A DNA stretch of 44,815 nucleotides, from assembly GCA_040900055.1 (NCBI GenBank), contig JBBDZU010000003.1, positions 1-44,815 of the forward strand, in the 5' to 3' direction. Below the pieces are notes generated by a model. That model searched no databases. It saw nothing but the letters and a program-made list of their open reading frames with translations, and had not been told where the DNA came from. This DNA comes from Candidatus Saccharimonadales bacterium (lineage in GTDB: Bacteria > Patescibacteriota > Saccharimonadia > Saccharimonadales > UBA10212). Shown here in pieces: positions 37,501 through 42,864 of this stretch; the stretch's first letter is position 1, and each line of letters starts with the position of its first letter. Made by a program: the position numbers and the translations under genes.

Positions 37501-37612
37501 TTAGGCCGTTTGTCATTTTTAGGTTTTTGTTATTGTTTCTAAGCTTAGAACACGTTTTTGTATATATAATGTGTTCAAGGATAAGTGTAGCAATATGCTT
37601 ATGCCTATGCAA
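28514..37612 (-). CDS. Giant (~3,000 aa) single-pass membrane protein: two N-terminal MerR-type HTH domains, one TM helix, then a repeat-built extracellular fibre ending in ConA-like and H-type-lectin-like domains
   Basis: A single uninterrupted ORF; the likely ATG is at 37516 (MTNGLNGD). HTHs at aa ~46-92 and ~98-145 (nt 37178..37477). TM helix at nt 36905..36988. Four Cys-bracketed LKW modules. C-terminal IDYFRVW jelly-roll end and an H-lectin-like tail. Confidence 0.85.
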   Translation of the reverse strand: MHRHKHIATLILEHIIYTKTCSKLRNNNKNLKMTNGLNGDAKSKSLVSISQAAAILGVSIDTVRRWDKAGVLKSTRPDGKNRYFSIEELERAKLNQPLSISEAAKMLKISSSTLRRLEGKGLISPIRNGHNERRYDRKTLEKFLNSEYFIRQKEIEEEVLEPLKASNLEEALQTADEDKEPTEKQPGTGLAVRHLVTEHHTNIHRLRRRVLLGFGILGVVLIPLGAAIIALTAAFLINPSSTAKTFGLSLIPGDQGADVKSATTQINTGLKVDNGLKYVDHRGWKDDLRPLVKLSLLFVNLIDDKKYAVATRNLQFADVNQVFQPDAQGKVQPLYTLYFDSDKLALEDQGLIVNLNSDFVDGREPGNENGDLAILPIDGTDIIDASITTEDIADGSITSEKLAAGIKIDGNTTTGSSITEIIAGDGLAGGGDKGAVTIKVGAGEGISLADNSIAVDILTTGTTTTLDSNSGLEVSSNGVRLIGGCSSGEILKWNSSAWACSTDDNSGGGGGVSDGDKGDISVSGSGTIWTIDPNSVALGADTTNDYVASFTAGGGLTGNATGEGSTPTLAVGAGNGIAVNADTIEIKLDTTAADGATASSVSGLELAGSELSLLRGCSQGDVLKWDNTGFSWGCASDNAGGGGANTFETINTPAGTDPVADSSTDTLNLAASGTNLTITGDSATDTVTLNLVESVLAGAGLVANVDGLDITTGNGIQISSDAVALGPLSADWSQTGAFDIVLNNSSSELKLLESGASPSFFAILDVGDLAADSTFTLSGSSGTLLSSANYSGTLDPVYVNVGESPATGDITGSFSAGLTVGLNAVALGADTTNDYVASFTAGAGLTGNATGEGSTPTINIVSANGGIVANTDDIALTLQASGNALSTTTSSGSGMEILAGGLTLLQGCGDTEILKWNETSDVWACQPDVDTDTDTHGNAFTTIDVSGTDAVADSTTDTLVLAASGTNLTINGSADDTVTFNIDETALAGSGLAANGDALDVSTGDGLEISGDAVRVDQDFVFTWTADHTFNASVLINEAGADTITLGSIDNLDTFSLNSTGLRIDTSGNLTNTGNITGAGGLTLASGAAGNLTLNAGLGNIIFSDGDVLAIGGVAAGLTYNAIANSGGSANSGLVADDNDLFVQGGLEVDGSADIAGTATATNFQLAGQSIAAWNAIPLTRVAGSTYSTLQHFFNQVPSPGRITGGVITDAGSGNINVSAGTGLIRATDDDIAELKFFDWAAASGIAIPANSKRYVGVQYNAGSPQVFIKAADTWDYDTEFPLGVVINEGGTLHITNNPQWTGDAATNVIERFYGTNPFVRDKRTGGLIIGETGTRNLTVSAGKLWDRLNEFDIAAIDTSGTDTFDRYYRNGSGGYIKESAQTQWNNTQYDDGSGTLATLTDNYYSAQWFYVQNSGKLLSVYDQNQYSSLAEAQDANAPAAVPERISDLSTLIGRVLFQKNAASASRVETAFETFFSGSVVTDHGALSGLADDDHSQYALLAGRSGGQSLFGGTAAGEDLILDSTANVSKGYIILQQNGGLVGIGTATPSAILHVTAPTAPVNDLILASNSGQGTVTDQVDGLQINLVTAAAVGDRDNAGIRLVVDPAGATEAGDRVSAIDIAGITNPTGTTNAFRIGANWDNIFDNNGTFISAAELNALDDGIALGSETSNDYVATITAGAGLTGDASGEGSTPTLAVGAGDGITAAADSITLDLGNSLAVATGLQVDASGLSMIETCADNELLKWTDAGGWACAADDNSTTTRLDQITAATGEGTAQDSNANSVFWNWDFTSAAIDSGLTISESSASTSGTQDQQALLELVTLATSTASPLQVTAGGTDVGDVWFNLSGTADFEIRDGGTAFATFDDSGGVTVQPNGASDAIFTLDDDSNVKLNSTYTGAASETSLAINLTHNEIVGGSYGYGLSVTNTDNGANFGVPTALAYLNNANAAETVTSGLIVGQTGTGTLTNGIEIIRTAGAITNGLTFTGTFTNLINATNFDVSNAGTVTVAAGQSYTGSGALTVSSGGANILTVDAGGAANVDIGTTNANAVNISKAGALTTVMGSSAFDELVSIGNASGNDYLEFTEEAGNPTCGAGLYAVWANSTDGKLKKCQNGTVTDLDTGGAGSATLQEVYNNSTSPATIDLATGKNLVINAPDVATDPDFLFNIATGSTSKFEIQSNGDNMLTIQPSSATEFLFKADGDSTTGFVIQDASGNNGLAFNTSSSELRIFENIASPTDYALIKYESGEAVYSASAGTVRVGTGSGPITIQSGTDSDVTITPGGTGDLVLALDDDSNFKFCSSSCTVTNTGSLQDINLTLGNDATADTVSALNIDVTSVDTGADSDILRGIDIANLSGGNANVTEVALNIGTGWDTLIGGTTAGSNIFSFTNASLTSAGALTVASCTGCGGGSLQTAYDSGATIETAGGVPVVITETSNAAHTLDLLQLTVNPATGGTFAGDGLQITMDAADAGAYTGNGLKIVVDVSQIANGGLPLTIEDDLGSEIFGVNKYGFARSTRGFVSYDGYFSQDFNFEIANSTAESLVFGDDQRWKTDEITACTFGVIEGAVSYARLNSAASTGCLIFMGTAIGNSSLITSVSNLPRTLVKAKPTRAAADGDTWVGLWGNHTTNAEPAEGVYFTNADGGNWVGRVNPASGSNIDVACGVAVSTTQFALLEMIVESSTVVRFKVDPDISNGINFTDCGTANPSGVTSALGVAAMISTTVSTSFDLQIDYFRVWTDDPPVNSQSNPSATTEVPYDSDIKDAPPITSDLGTLDAQNGLINFLAAIGEDAVFDHDVYVRGTLYADKIKANQIEGLEILAGKISSLETKTDSLAEGSVPTDDSAAGQNSAPEEVDLTKVSFDSPVTAVSLTTLGQLETQGGLTVTGDALFKGKSVFMALAEFRGRADFNDLVNFYGRAVFNKDAGGHAVIKQGAAKVQIKFSSPYEQPPIVVANFELEDSADGADTAEAKQQRLVEGGYSYAVGNVTASGFTIYLNKTATEDINFSWLATAIKNAAVTLSDEDREQ

Positions 37613-37913
37613 GTGTTATTCAATACCTAGGCAGCCTATCTGTGTCGGCTTGCCACTTAGGTGTTACAGGGTACAGTTATCCACATATGCAAAGCTTAGC
37701 CAGGGGCTTTTGCCCGGCCTGAACCTATGCAAACATTGCTCAAATCGTTAAAAACCGCGCCTCACGACATGCTAAAAATATCAACCCGCTTGGTCCTGGC
37801 AACCCCTGTTTTGAACAACTCTTGCCTAGGTATGAGTAAGCCATCCAGCGTTATAAAAATGGTCAGGTGTGCGCGCCTAAACCAGCTTTGAACCTGATAT
37901 ATAATATAAAGAA

Positions 37914-38267
37914 ATGAAAAAGGTTGAAAACGTTGATGATTATATTGCGGCCTACCCTCCCGCCACAGCCAAACTGCTAAATGAAATCAGACAAATTATC
38001 CGTTCAGCGGCGCCTGAGGGCACCGAGAAAATCAGCTATGGGATTCCCGCCTATAGCTTAAATCGGCGATTGATCTATTTTGGCGCCTTTAAGAACCACA
38101 TCAGCCTCTTCCCGGCTTCATCTACAGCCATAGAAGCCTTTAAAAAAGACTTGGCCGGTTACCAAACTTCGCGCGGTACTGTCAGGTTGCCGCTGGATCA
38201 GCCGCTACCAACTAAGCTTATTAGAAGAATTGTAGAATTTAGAGTAAAAGAACTCGCTGAAAAATAG
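37914..38267 (+). CDS. DUF1801 (YdhG-like) domain protein
   Basis: 117 aa. VDDYIAAYPPATAKLLNEIRQIIRSAAPEGTEKISYGIPAY...FKNHISLFP is the typical DUF1801 pattern. Confidence 0.7.
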   Translation: MKKVENVDDYIAAYPPATAKLLNEIRQIIRSAAPEGTEKISYGIPAYSLNRRLIYFGAFKNHISLFPASSTAIEAFKKDLAGYQTSRGTVRLPLDQPLPTKLIRRIVEFRVKELAEK

Positions 38268-38423
38268 CTGGGAAAGATTTTTGCCGATATATCGGTGTCA
38301 CTAGATAGTGCCACATCAAAGAATAACCATAAAAATGATGCGCCGTGGAGCTTGAGCCTGATCTCTCGAGCCCAAGCTCCACGGTATTAAGGGGATAATC
38401 CCCCATTGATCAGCACCTCTGGA

Positions 38424-38849
38424 TCACTGATTGACGCGGTGGCACACTCTCATACTCCGCCAGTTCTTGGTAAAGGCCGAGACGTAGTTGAGCGCACTGC
38501 ACATGTGGCCAGTGCGCATGTGCCGGTTGATGGGGATGACATCGCCGCCTCCGGTAGAGCTTCCCTTGTGATACGGCCCTTTGTAGAGGGCGTACCTGTA
38601 CCAACTGCGCGTGTAAAACTCGGCGGTGATATACCAGTCCCCGATCTCCGTGCCGCCGCCCCAGTTGCCGGTCACGCTGTTAACCCACGTGCCGCCTCCC
38701 GAGATGTAGACGCAATACTGCGGAGGTCCGTAGTTGGGGTTGCCGAAGGCGCAGCCCCAGGCTGAAGCAGAAGCTGACGGCGCGGCCGCGAGTGCTGCCG
38801 CGAAAACGGCAAGGATGGCAGCCAACCGTAGTGGACGATAGAACTGCAA
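38424..38849 (-). CDS. Small secreted Gly/Trp/Tyr/Cys-containing protein encoded in a GC-rich islet
   Basis: Likely TTG start at 38849, 8 nt after AGGAGG. Signal peptide-like RPLRLAAILAVFAAALAAAPSASASA. Four 60-nt lines I counted by hand gave 53-72 percent GC, against 37-50 percent in flanking lines. Confidence 0.6.
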   Translation of the reverse strand: MQFYRPLRLAAILAVFAAALAAAPSASASAWGCAFGNPNYGPPQYCVYISGGGTWVNSVTGNWGGGTEIGDWYITAEFYTRSWYRYALYKGPYHKGSSTGGGDVIPINRHMRTGHMCSALNYVSAFTKNWRSMRVCHRVNQ

Positions 38850-39073
38850 GGTTACCACCTCCTAGTCGATCATTATTGAGAACAGCGCGTCGCAGCCTGG
38901 CCACCGTCAGGCTGGATCATGCTGTTCTCAGTGAAGTGCTGTATCGTTTTAAGTGCTGTCCTACAGTCGAATCCGTAGAACTAATTGCATGATATAACTT
39001 TTTCGTTGGGAGTAAAGACACTACCTTCCCCCTCATGCTTGCGTAATAAAATTAAGGTGGTTATTCTACTTTG

Positions 39074-39547
39074 ATGAAAGAAGTTCTTGAGAAAGACGGA
39101 GGTGGTGAATATATCCAATCTTTAGATCTTAAAGCTAGGGTTGATAAAGCGAAAGAAGCCCTAAGTTTAGGTAATGTAGCAACAGCAGCTTACCTGCTTG
39201 ATGCGGATGAAGAAACAGTCTTACGTGTAGCCGGTTACCTAATACCAGAATCTGCCAAAACGCCGACCGAATCTGAGCAAGAGAGGCACGATTCACTCCG
39301 TCAAATGGGCGAATTTCTTAGAGCTCGGAGGAAAGAGAAACACTTATCCCTAAGAGAATTGGGTAAGCTCTCTGGTGTTAGCAAATCGCAGATTCACAAT
39401 ATAGAAAGCGGCTATCACCCCGAGACTGGCAGGCCGATTCAGCCTACATTAAAAACTCTAGAGAATCTTGCCTGGGGTTTAGGCGTTGATAAGAATGAAT
39501 TATTTGCCATGGCTGGGTATGAGGCGAGTGAGGAGGACGAGGAATAA
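39074..39547 (+). CDS. XRE-family HTH transcriptional regulator with an N-terminal extension
   Basis: LRARRKEKHLSLRELGKLSGVSKSQIHNIESG...TLENLAWGLGVDKNELF is a Cro/C1-type HTH. Acidic C-terminus. Confidence 0.75.
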   Translation: MKEVLEKDGGGEYIQSLDLKARVDKAKEALSLGNVATAAYLLDADEETVLRVAGYLIPESAKTPTESEQERHDSLRQMGEFLRARRKEKHLSLRELGKLSGVSKSQIHNIESGYHPETGRPIQPTLKTLENLAWGLGVDKNELFAMAGYEASEEDEE

Positions 39548-39723
39548 ACCTCAAACCTTACCTCTTTGAGTGTTGTTTTTAGGCCAAAACACCTCGAGAA
39601 TAGCTCCGCAAGGTAAAAAGAGGTGGGCTCTATCCCCCTTCATAACTAAAGTGCTTGTGTTTTCTGGCAATATGTGATATATAGTAGGCGTCCATAAAAT
39701 ATAAAAATGGAAAAGAAATAAAA

Positions 39724-40191
39724 ATGAGTAAAGACTTAAACCCGCAACCAGTTCCTGAAGCTATACGTCATTTGGATTTTGAGCCCCAGTACGCCAAAGA
39801 TCGACAGATCCTCGATAAGATGAATAGCTCTGGTGAAAGCCCTGAGGCGGCTGAAATCCGCAGTGAAGCCGAGGCTGGCGTCTACTCCGCTGCTGAACCA
39901 GTAACTGAAGAAGCAAATTCGATCGAGCACAGTCGTAAATTCCCTGCCGAGATGGCAATAGAGTACATCGCAATTAAAGATCCAGAAAAAGCAGCACGAG
40001 TATGCTCTGAGATAGATAGACACCTAGAGAAATTATACGAGCAAGCCGAGGAAGTTACCGATTGGAACCCAGCAGTTGTTACAGCCTACATGCGTGCCGC
40101 ATATGGAACAGGGTATGACGATTCAGCCGTGGATCCTCAGGGTGAATTTTACAAGCGACTAGGATACCGTCATCCTCTGCAGGGTGCCTAG
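39724..40191 (+). CDS. Acidic hypothetical protein
   Basis: 155-aa ORF with no recognisable motif, followed by the hairpin that opens repeat unit A. Confidence 0.5.
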   Translation: MSKDLNPQPVPEAIRHLDFEPQYAKDRQILDKMNSSGESPEAAEIRSEAEAGVYSAAEPVTEEANSIEHSRKFPAEMAIEYIAIKDPEKAARVCSEIDRHLEKLYEQAEEVTDWNPAVVTAYMRAAYGTGYDDSAVDPQGEFYKRLGYRHPLQGA

Positions 40192-40232
40192 GCTCCCTTT
40201 ACTCTTCCAAAATCACATACTTCCTGTCATCC

Positions 40233-40427
40233 AAAGATAAAGCCCCCCGTTTCCGGAGGGCTTTATATAATTCGGCACCTCAGCACTAAAATCTTGATGC
40301 TCCATAATCTGATTGCAGGCTGCTCCGCTCAGCCTGCCTGCCGGCAGGCAGGGTTTTAGTAGCTGGACAGGTTTATCCAGCACCAACGTGATGGTGCTGT
40401 GGCCCCTCCAGGCGTATAATCGGGGAT
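40233..40427. repeat. Island repeat unit A: GAAA-tetraloop hairpin, 5S-3'-end-like core, conserved 100 nt, then a promoter-like end
   Basis: 40233..40332 matches 42432..42531 at 98/100 positions. Core ataattcggcacc (40267..40279) also occurs at the 5S 3' end (43183..43195). Unit A carries the 20-bp palindrome and a 33-nt insertion relative to unit B. Confidence 0.85.
40333..40352. repeat. 20-bp perfect palindrome CCTGCCTGCCGGCAGGCAGG (copy 2)
   Basis: Identical to 4313..4332. Absent from the homologous point of unit B (ctcag|gccttagtag). Confidence 0.85.
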
Positions 40428-40850
40428 ATGGCTAAATACAAAAAATCGATCTTGCTTCTTATATTAGCCTTATGTGCATTCGCGCTAGGTTCCTTAGTGG
40501 AAGATGCCGCTTTTTTATCTTTAATAGCCTTTATCGCCTTTATAGTTATGGCTGTTAAAAGAGCTTATGCTGCCTCTGATACTTCTAGATCAAAAGTTAT
40601 TTTAATATCTATCTTAAGCACCGTTCTAGTCGTGCTTTTTATTATTGGATTTACCTACATGAACCCCCCTCAGTGCCCGGATAAGTACACCCAGGCTCAA
40701 ATCGACGCAGCCAATGGTAGTTGTATAATCGGTGCTAATATTGGAATCGGCTTATATTTCATGTTTATCGTAGTGCCAGTAGCGGTCCTTGTATCTGTGC
40801 TTTGGATTAAAATACTATTTTCGGCTAAAAAACCAGGAGAGAAAGCCTAA
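40428..40850 (+). CDS. Multi-pass small membrane protein
   Basis: 140 aa with about four hydrophobic helices. The ATG lies 7 nt after a TATAAT, so the transcript may be leaderless. Confidence 0.6.
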   Translation: MAKYKKSILLLILALCAFALGSLVEDAAFLSLIAFIAFIVMAVKRAYAASDTSRSKVILISILSTVLVVLFIIGFTYMNPPQCPDKYTQAQIDAANGSCIIGANIGIGLYFMFIVVPVAVLVSVLWIKILFSAKKPGEKA

Positions 40851-41023
40851 TTTAAGAGGGCTCTATCCCTCAAGCCCTAATTCTTGAAGACTCGAAGTAG
40901 GGATATTCTTCCTCTTCTCGCTCAGGAATTACAGCTGGGCAAGCCTTTTTTATCCTGTGGAGTTCGAAGACTATTCCACTGGGTCCCCGTCCGAGCGTAT
41001 AATTGCAGCTATAAGGAGTGTAT

Positions 41024-41350
41024 ATGGAAATACTAATAGGCTTAGCTGGCTTAATCGTTGGCCTTTTCTTGTGGTCAAATATTTATGGAGGGCTTTTTGC
41101 TACTCTACCAATCGTCATGAAATTAAAGAAGTCGGGAGATATAAAACAGATAAAGTGGGGGCAACTTCTTGGCTCAGTAGTGTTAGCTTCACTTATCCTG
41201 TTAGCCGCAGCTATATGGGTTAAACCATTCTTCGCAGGAGCGGTGGTCGCAGGCGCTATAATGCTGTTCAATATTGGAAAGCTTCGAGGTGAAGCGAGAG
41301 AGAATATCAAAAGAGATTATCCAGAGATTAGCTCCCATGACAAAAAATAA
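41024..41350 (+). CDS. Small membrane protein
   Basis: ATG at 41024 is preceded by AAGGAG (the track's GTG is at 41018). Three hydrophobic segments. TATAAT at 40998..41003. Confidence 0.6.
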   Translation: MEILIGLAGLIVGLFLWSNIYGGLFATLPIVMKLKKSGDIKQIKWGQLLGSVVLASLILLAAAIWVKPFFAGAVVAGAIMLFNIGKLRGEARENIKRDYPEISSHDKK

Positions 41351-41564
41351 CATCCCGCCAATATATATAGGCAAGACTTTCAGGGAGGACGCTTGGGATG
41401 ATGATAAAAATGAATTTTTTAGCTTATCAAACGAGAAAAAATGGGAATGGGGTTATTGGGTCGAGGAGCAAGCAACTAAATTCAACTTCAAAGTTGGCTT
41501 TATCACTGGGATAAGTTTGAGTTTAATTATTTTTTTACTTAGTCTTGGACTTTTAGCTGATTAA
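41337..41564 (+). CDS. Small protein with a C-terminal TM helix
   Basis: ATG at 41337 overlaps the end of the preceding gene. MTKNNIPPIYIGKTF...ISLSLIIFLLSLGLLAD. Confidence 0.5.
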   Translation: MTKNNIPPIYIGKTFREDAWDDDKNEFFSLSNEKKWEWGYWVEEQATKFNFKVGFITGISLSLIIFLLSLGLLAD

Positions 41565-41596
41565 TTTTGGATTCGGACTCCAGAAACAGGGGTAGC

Positions 41597-41953
41597 TTAG
41601 CCTTTTTTCATTTTGTGCATCATTACTGCTGTCTTTCTTATTTCCTTCGAAGATTGATCATTATCTCCACGAGCGACATTGATTGATATTCTAGAAATCT
41701 CCTTCTCGCGAGCGATTAAATAGATAGCAGCACTAAGTATTATCGTTCCTAAAGGCAATCCATATTTAATAAGCTTATTTTCTGCGGGTAACAATGAAAA
41801 ACCTATTATTAAACCCAACAGAAGAAAAAATAATACTGCCTTAATGGAAGACCAAGTTGCCCAGCCAGGTTTATCCATGGAGTCTTTTGGAGCAAGCCAA
41901 GCCATCCAACTGGCAAGTAATAACACTATGCTTAAGATAATCCATCCTATCAT
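41597..41953 (-). CDS. Small membrane protein (track ORF trimmed to the internal ATG)
   Basis: MIGWIILSIVLLLASWMAWLAP... has three TM segments. The 71 upstream codons of track ORF 41597..42166 cover RNA-like repeat copy 2 and look non-coding. Confidence 0.55.
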   Translation of the reverse strand: MIGWIILSIVLLLASWMAWLAPKDSMDKPGWATWSSIKAVLFFLLLGLIIGFSLLPAENKLIKYGLPLGTIILSAAIYLIAREKEISRISINVARGDNDQSSKEIRKTAVMMHKMKKG

Positions 41954-41976
41954 ATATGGATAATAGCATGGCTCAC

Positions 41977-42189
41977 GGGTCCGGGCATAAGGAGCCGGCC
42001 CGAACAGATGTTGTGCTTGAACAGGCGCCCTTGGGCGCGAGAGCTGTTTGACGAACAAAGTTGCCAGCGGCAAGTTTGTGAGGAGTTCTCGAGCGAGCCT
42101 GTTCAGCACTAACAGATGTATCGAGGCGGCGACGCGCCCGGCGGTTTGCCACACTTTGCCGCTCAAAGTGTGAAAATATTGCTTCTTGG
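41977..42189. ncRNA. Candidate structured RNA / paralogous repeat, copy 2
   Basis: Shares its 5' block (41977..41994) and 3' block (42128..42177) with 4186..4421. Long-range helix gtgcttgaacagg (42013..42025) / cctgttcagcac (42098..42109). Terminal hairpin acacttt/aaagtgt. Confidence 0.35.
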
Positions 42190-42197
42190 AAAGAAGT

Positions 42198-42380
42198 TTA
42201 AGCCTTTTTACTTTTGGGTTTGATATGCCAATACCAATATGTAATTAGCCCGAGGATGTTTAGGAGAACACCGACCCAAATCCATACCGAAGGATTCTCT
42301 AACTTTCTTTTCTTGGCATCCTGGTACATCCAAAGGCCTAACGCAAGCCCTACTACGAGGTCGATAAATAGCCAGTTCAT
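42198..42380 (-). CDS. Small two-TM membrane protein (PLD-nuclease N-terminal 'PLDc_N'-like)
   Basis: 60 aa. LFIDLVVGLALGLWMYQDAKKRKLENPSVWIWVGVLLNILGLITYWYW matches the pattern I recall for PLDc_N small membrane proteins. Confidence 0.55.
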   Translation of the reverse strand: MNWLFIDLVVGLALGLWMYQDAKKRKLENPSVWIWVGVLLNILGLITYWYWHIKPKSKKA

Positions 42381-42431
42381 ATTTTTCCTTTCTGCTTATC
42401 TAGAGGTGATAATAGCAGTTTTAACAGCAAA

Positions 42432-42573
42432 AAAGATAAAGCCCCCCGTTTCCGGAGGGCTTTATATAATTCGGCACCCCCGCACTAAAATCTTGATGCT
42501 CCATAATCTGATTGCAGGCTGCTCCGCTCAGGCCTTAGTAGCTGGACAAGCCCTCCAAGCGTATAATTAAGGG
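42432..42573. repeat. Island repeat unit B (shortest, insertion-free version)
   Basis: See unit A. The minus-strand reading gives ...ggtgccgaattatataaagccctccGGAAAcggggggctttatctttttt, a well-formed intrinsic terminator. Confidence 0.85.
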
Positions 42574-42801
42574 ATGGAAGGATCTCCAAACCCTGAAGAA
42601 CAGAATCCTGGGCAAGAAATTGCAGATGTTTTATCGCGCCTAGGAGAAGAATATGGTTTTGACTCAGAGACATGCGAAGAAATCGCTGCTATGCCCTTTT
42701 CAGATGCATTCGAAACTGCCTACAGCTATCTTTCTCAAGCTGGGCTTGACCCGGACGAAATTCTTGACGAATTCATGGAAGAGCCCACAGACCAAGAATA
42801 A
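42574..42801 (+). CDS. Small acidic hypothetical protein
   Basis: 75 aa, very acidic. The ATG lies 6 nt after TATAAT (42562..42567). Confidence 0.5.
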   Translation: MEGSPNPEEQNPGQEIADVLSRLGEEYGFDSETCEEIAAMPFSDAFETAYSYLSQAGLDPDEILDEFMEEPTDQE

Positions 42802-42864
42802 TCACAGCCTATTCCTTTTACCTTTGTGCTTGAAAAAGGTAAGTTAGTATAGTTTTATACATCT

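Noticed and set aside
37677-37685. Perfect DnaA box TTATCCACA upstream of the giant gene (possible oriC)
   Set aside because: It is a single 9-mer (chance expectation ~0.3 in this window). There is no cluster of further boxes, no AT-rich unwinding element and no dnaA/dnaN nearby.
37605-37732. Three (C/A)TATGCAA motifs (37605, 37685, 37725) upstream of the giant gene as a possible operator for its own MerR-type HTHs
   Set aside because: Three 7-8-mers in a 130-bp AT-rich region are not statistically convincing. They lack the long inverted-repeat, 19-20-bp-spacer promoter geometry typical of MerR operators. Worth testing only if the HTH is shown to bind DNA.
38424-38849. Assignment of the GC-rich secreted protein to the lactococcin 972 bacteriocin family because of a GGGTW motif
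   Set aside because: Only that pentapeptide resembles what I remember of the family. The rest of the sequence does not align by eye, so the product is left as hypothetical.
39625-39636. 12-mer gggctctatccc shared with 40858..40869, both shortly after stop codons
   Set aside because: Dozens of exact 12-mer repeats are expected by chance in 45 kb. The flanks agree only loosely.
40957-41223. ORF 40957..41223 (88 aa) and ORF 41083..41310 (minus strand, 75 aa)
   Set aside because: They overlap the better-supported membrane-protein ORF 41024..41350, which has an AAGGAG SD and coherent TM helices, in other frames. They have no start signals of their own.
41954-42166. 71-codon N-terminal extension of ORF 41597..42166
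   Set aside because: The extension coincides with the conserved RNA-like repeat (copy 2) and has an Arg/Ala/Pro-rich composition unlike the hydrophobic remainder. The internal ATG at 41953 begins the membrane protein proper.
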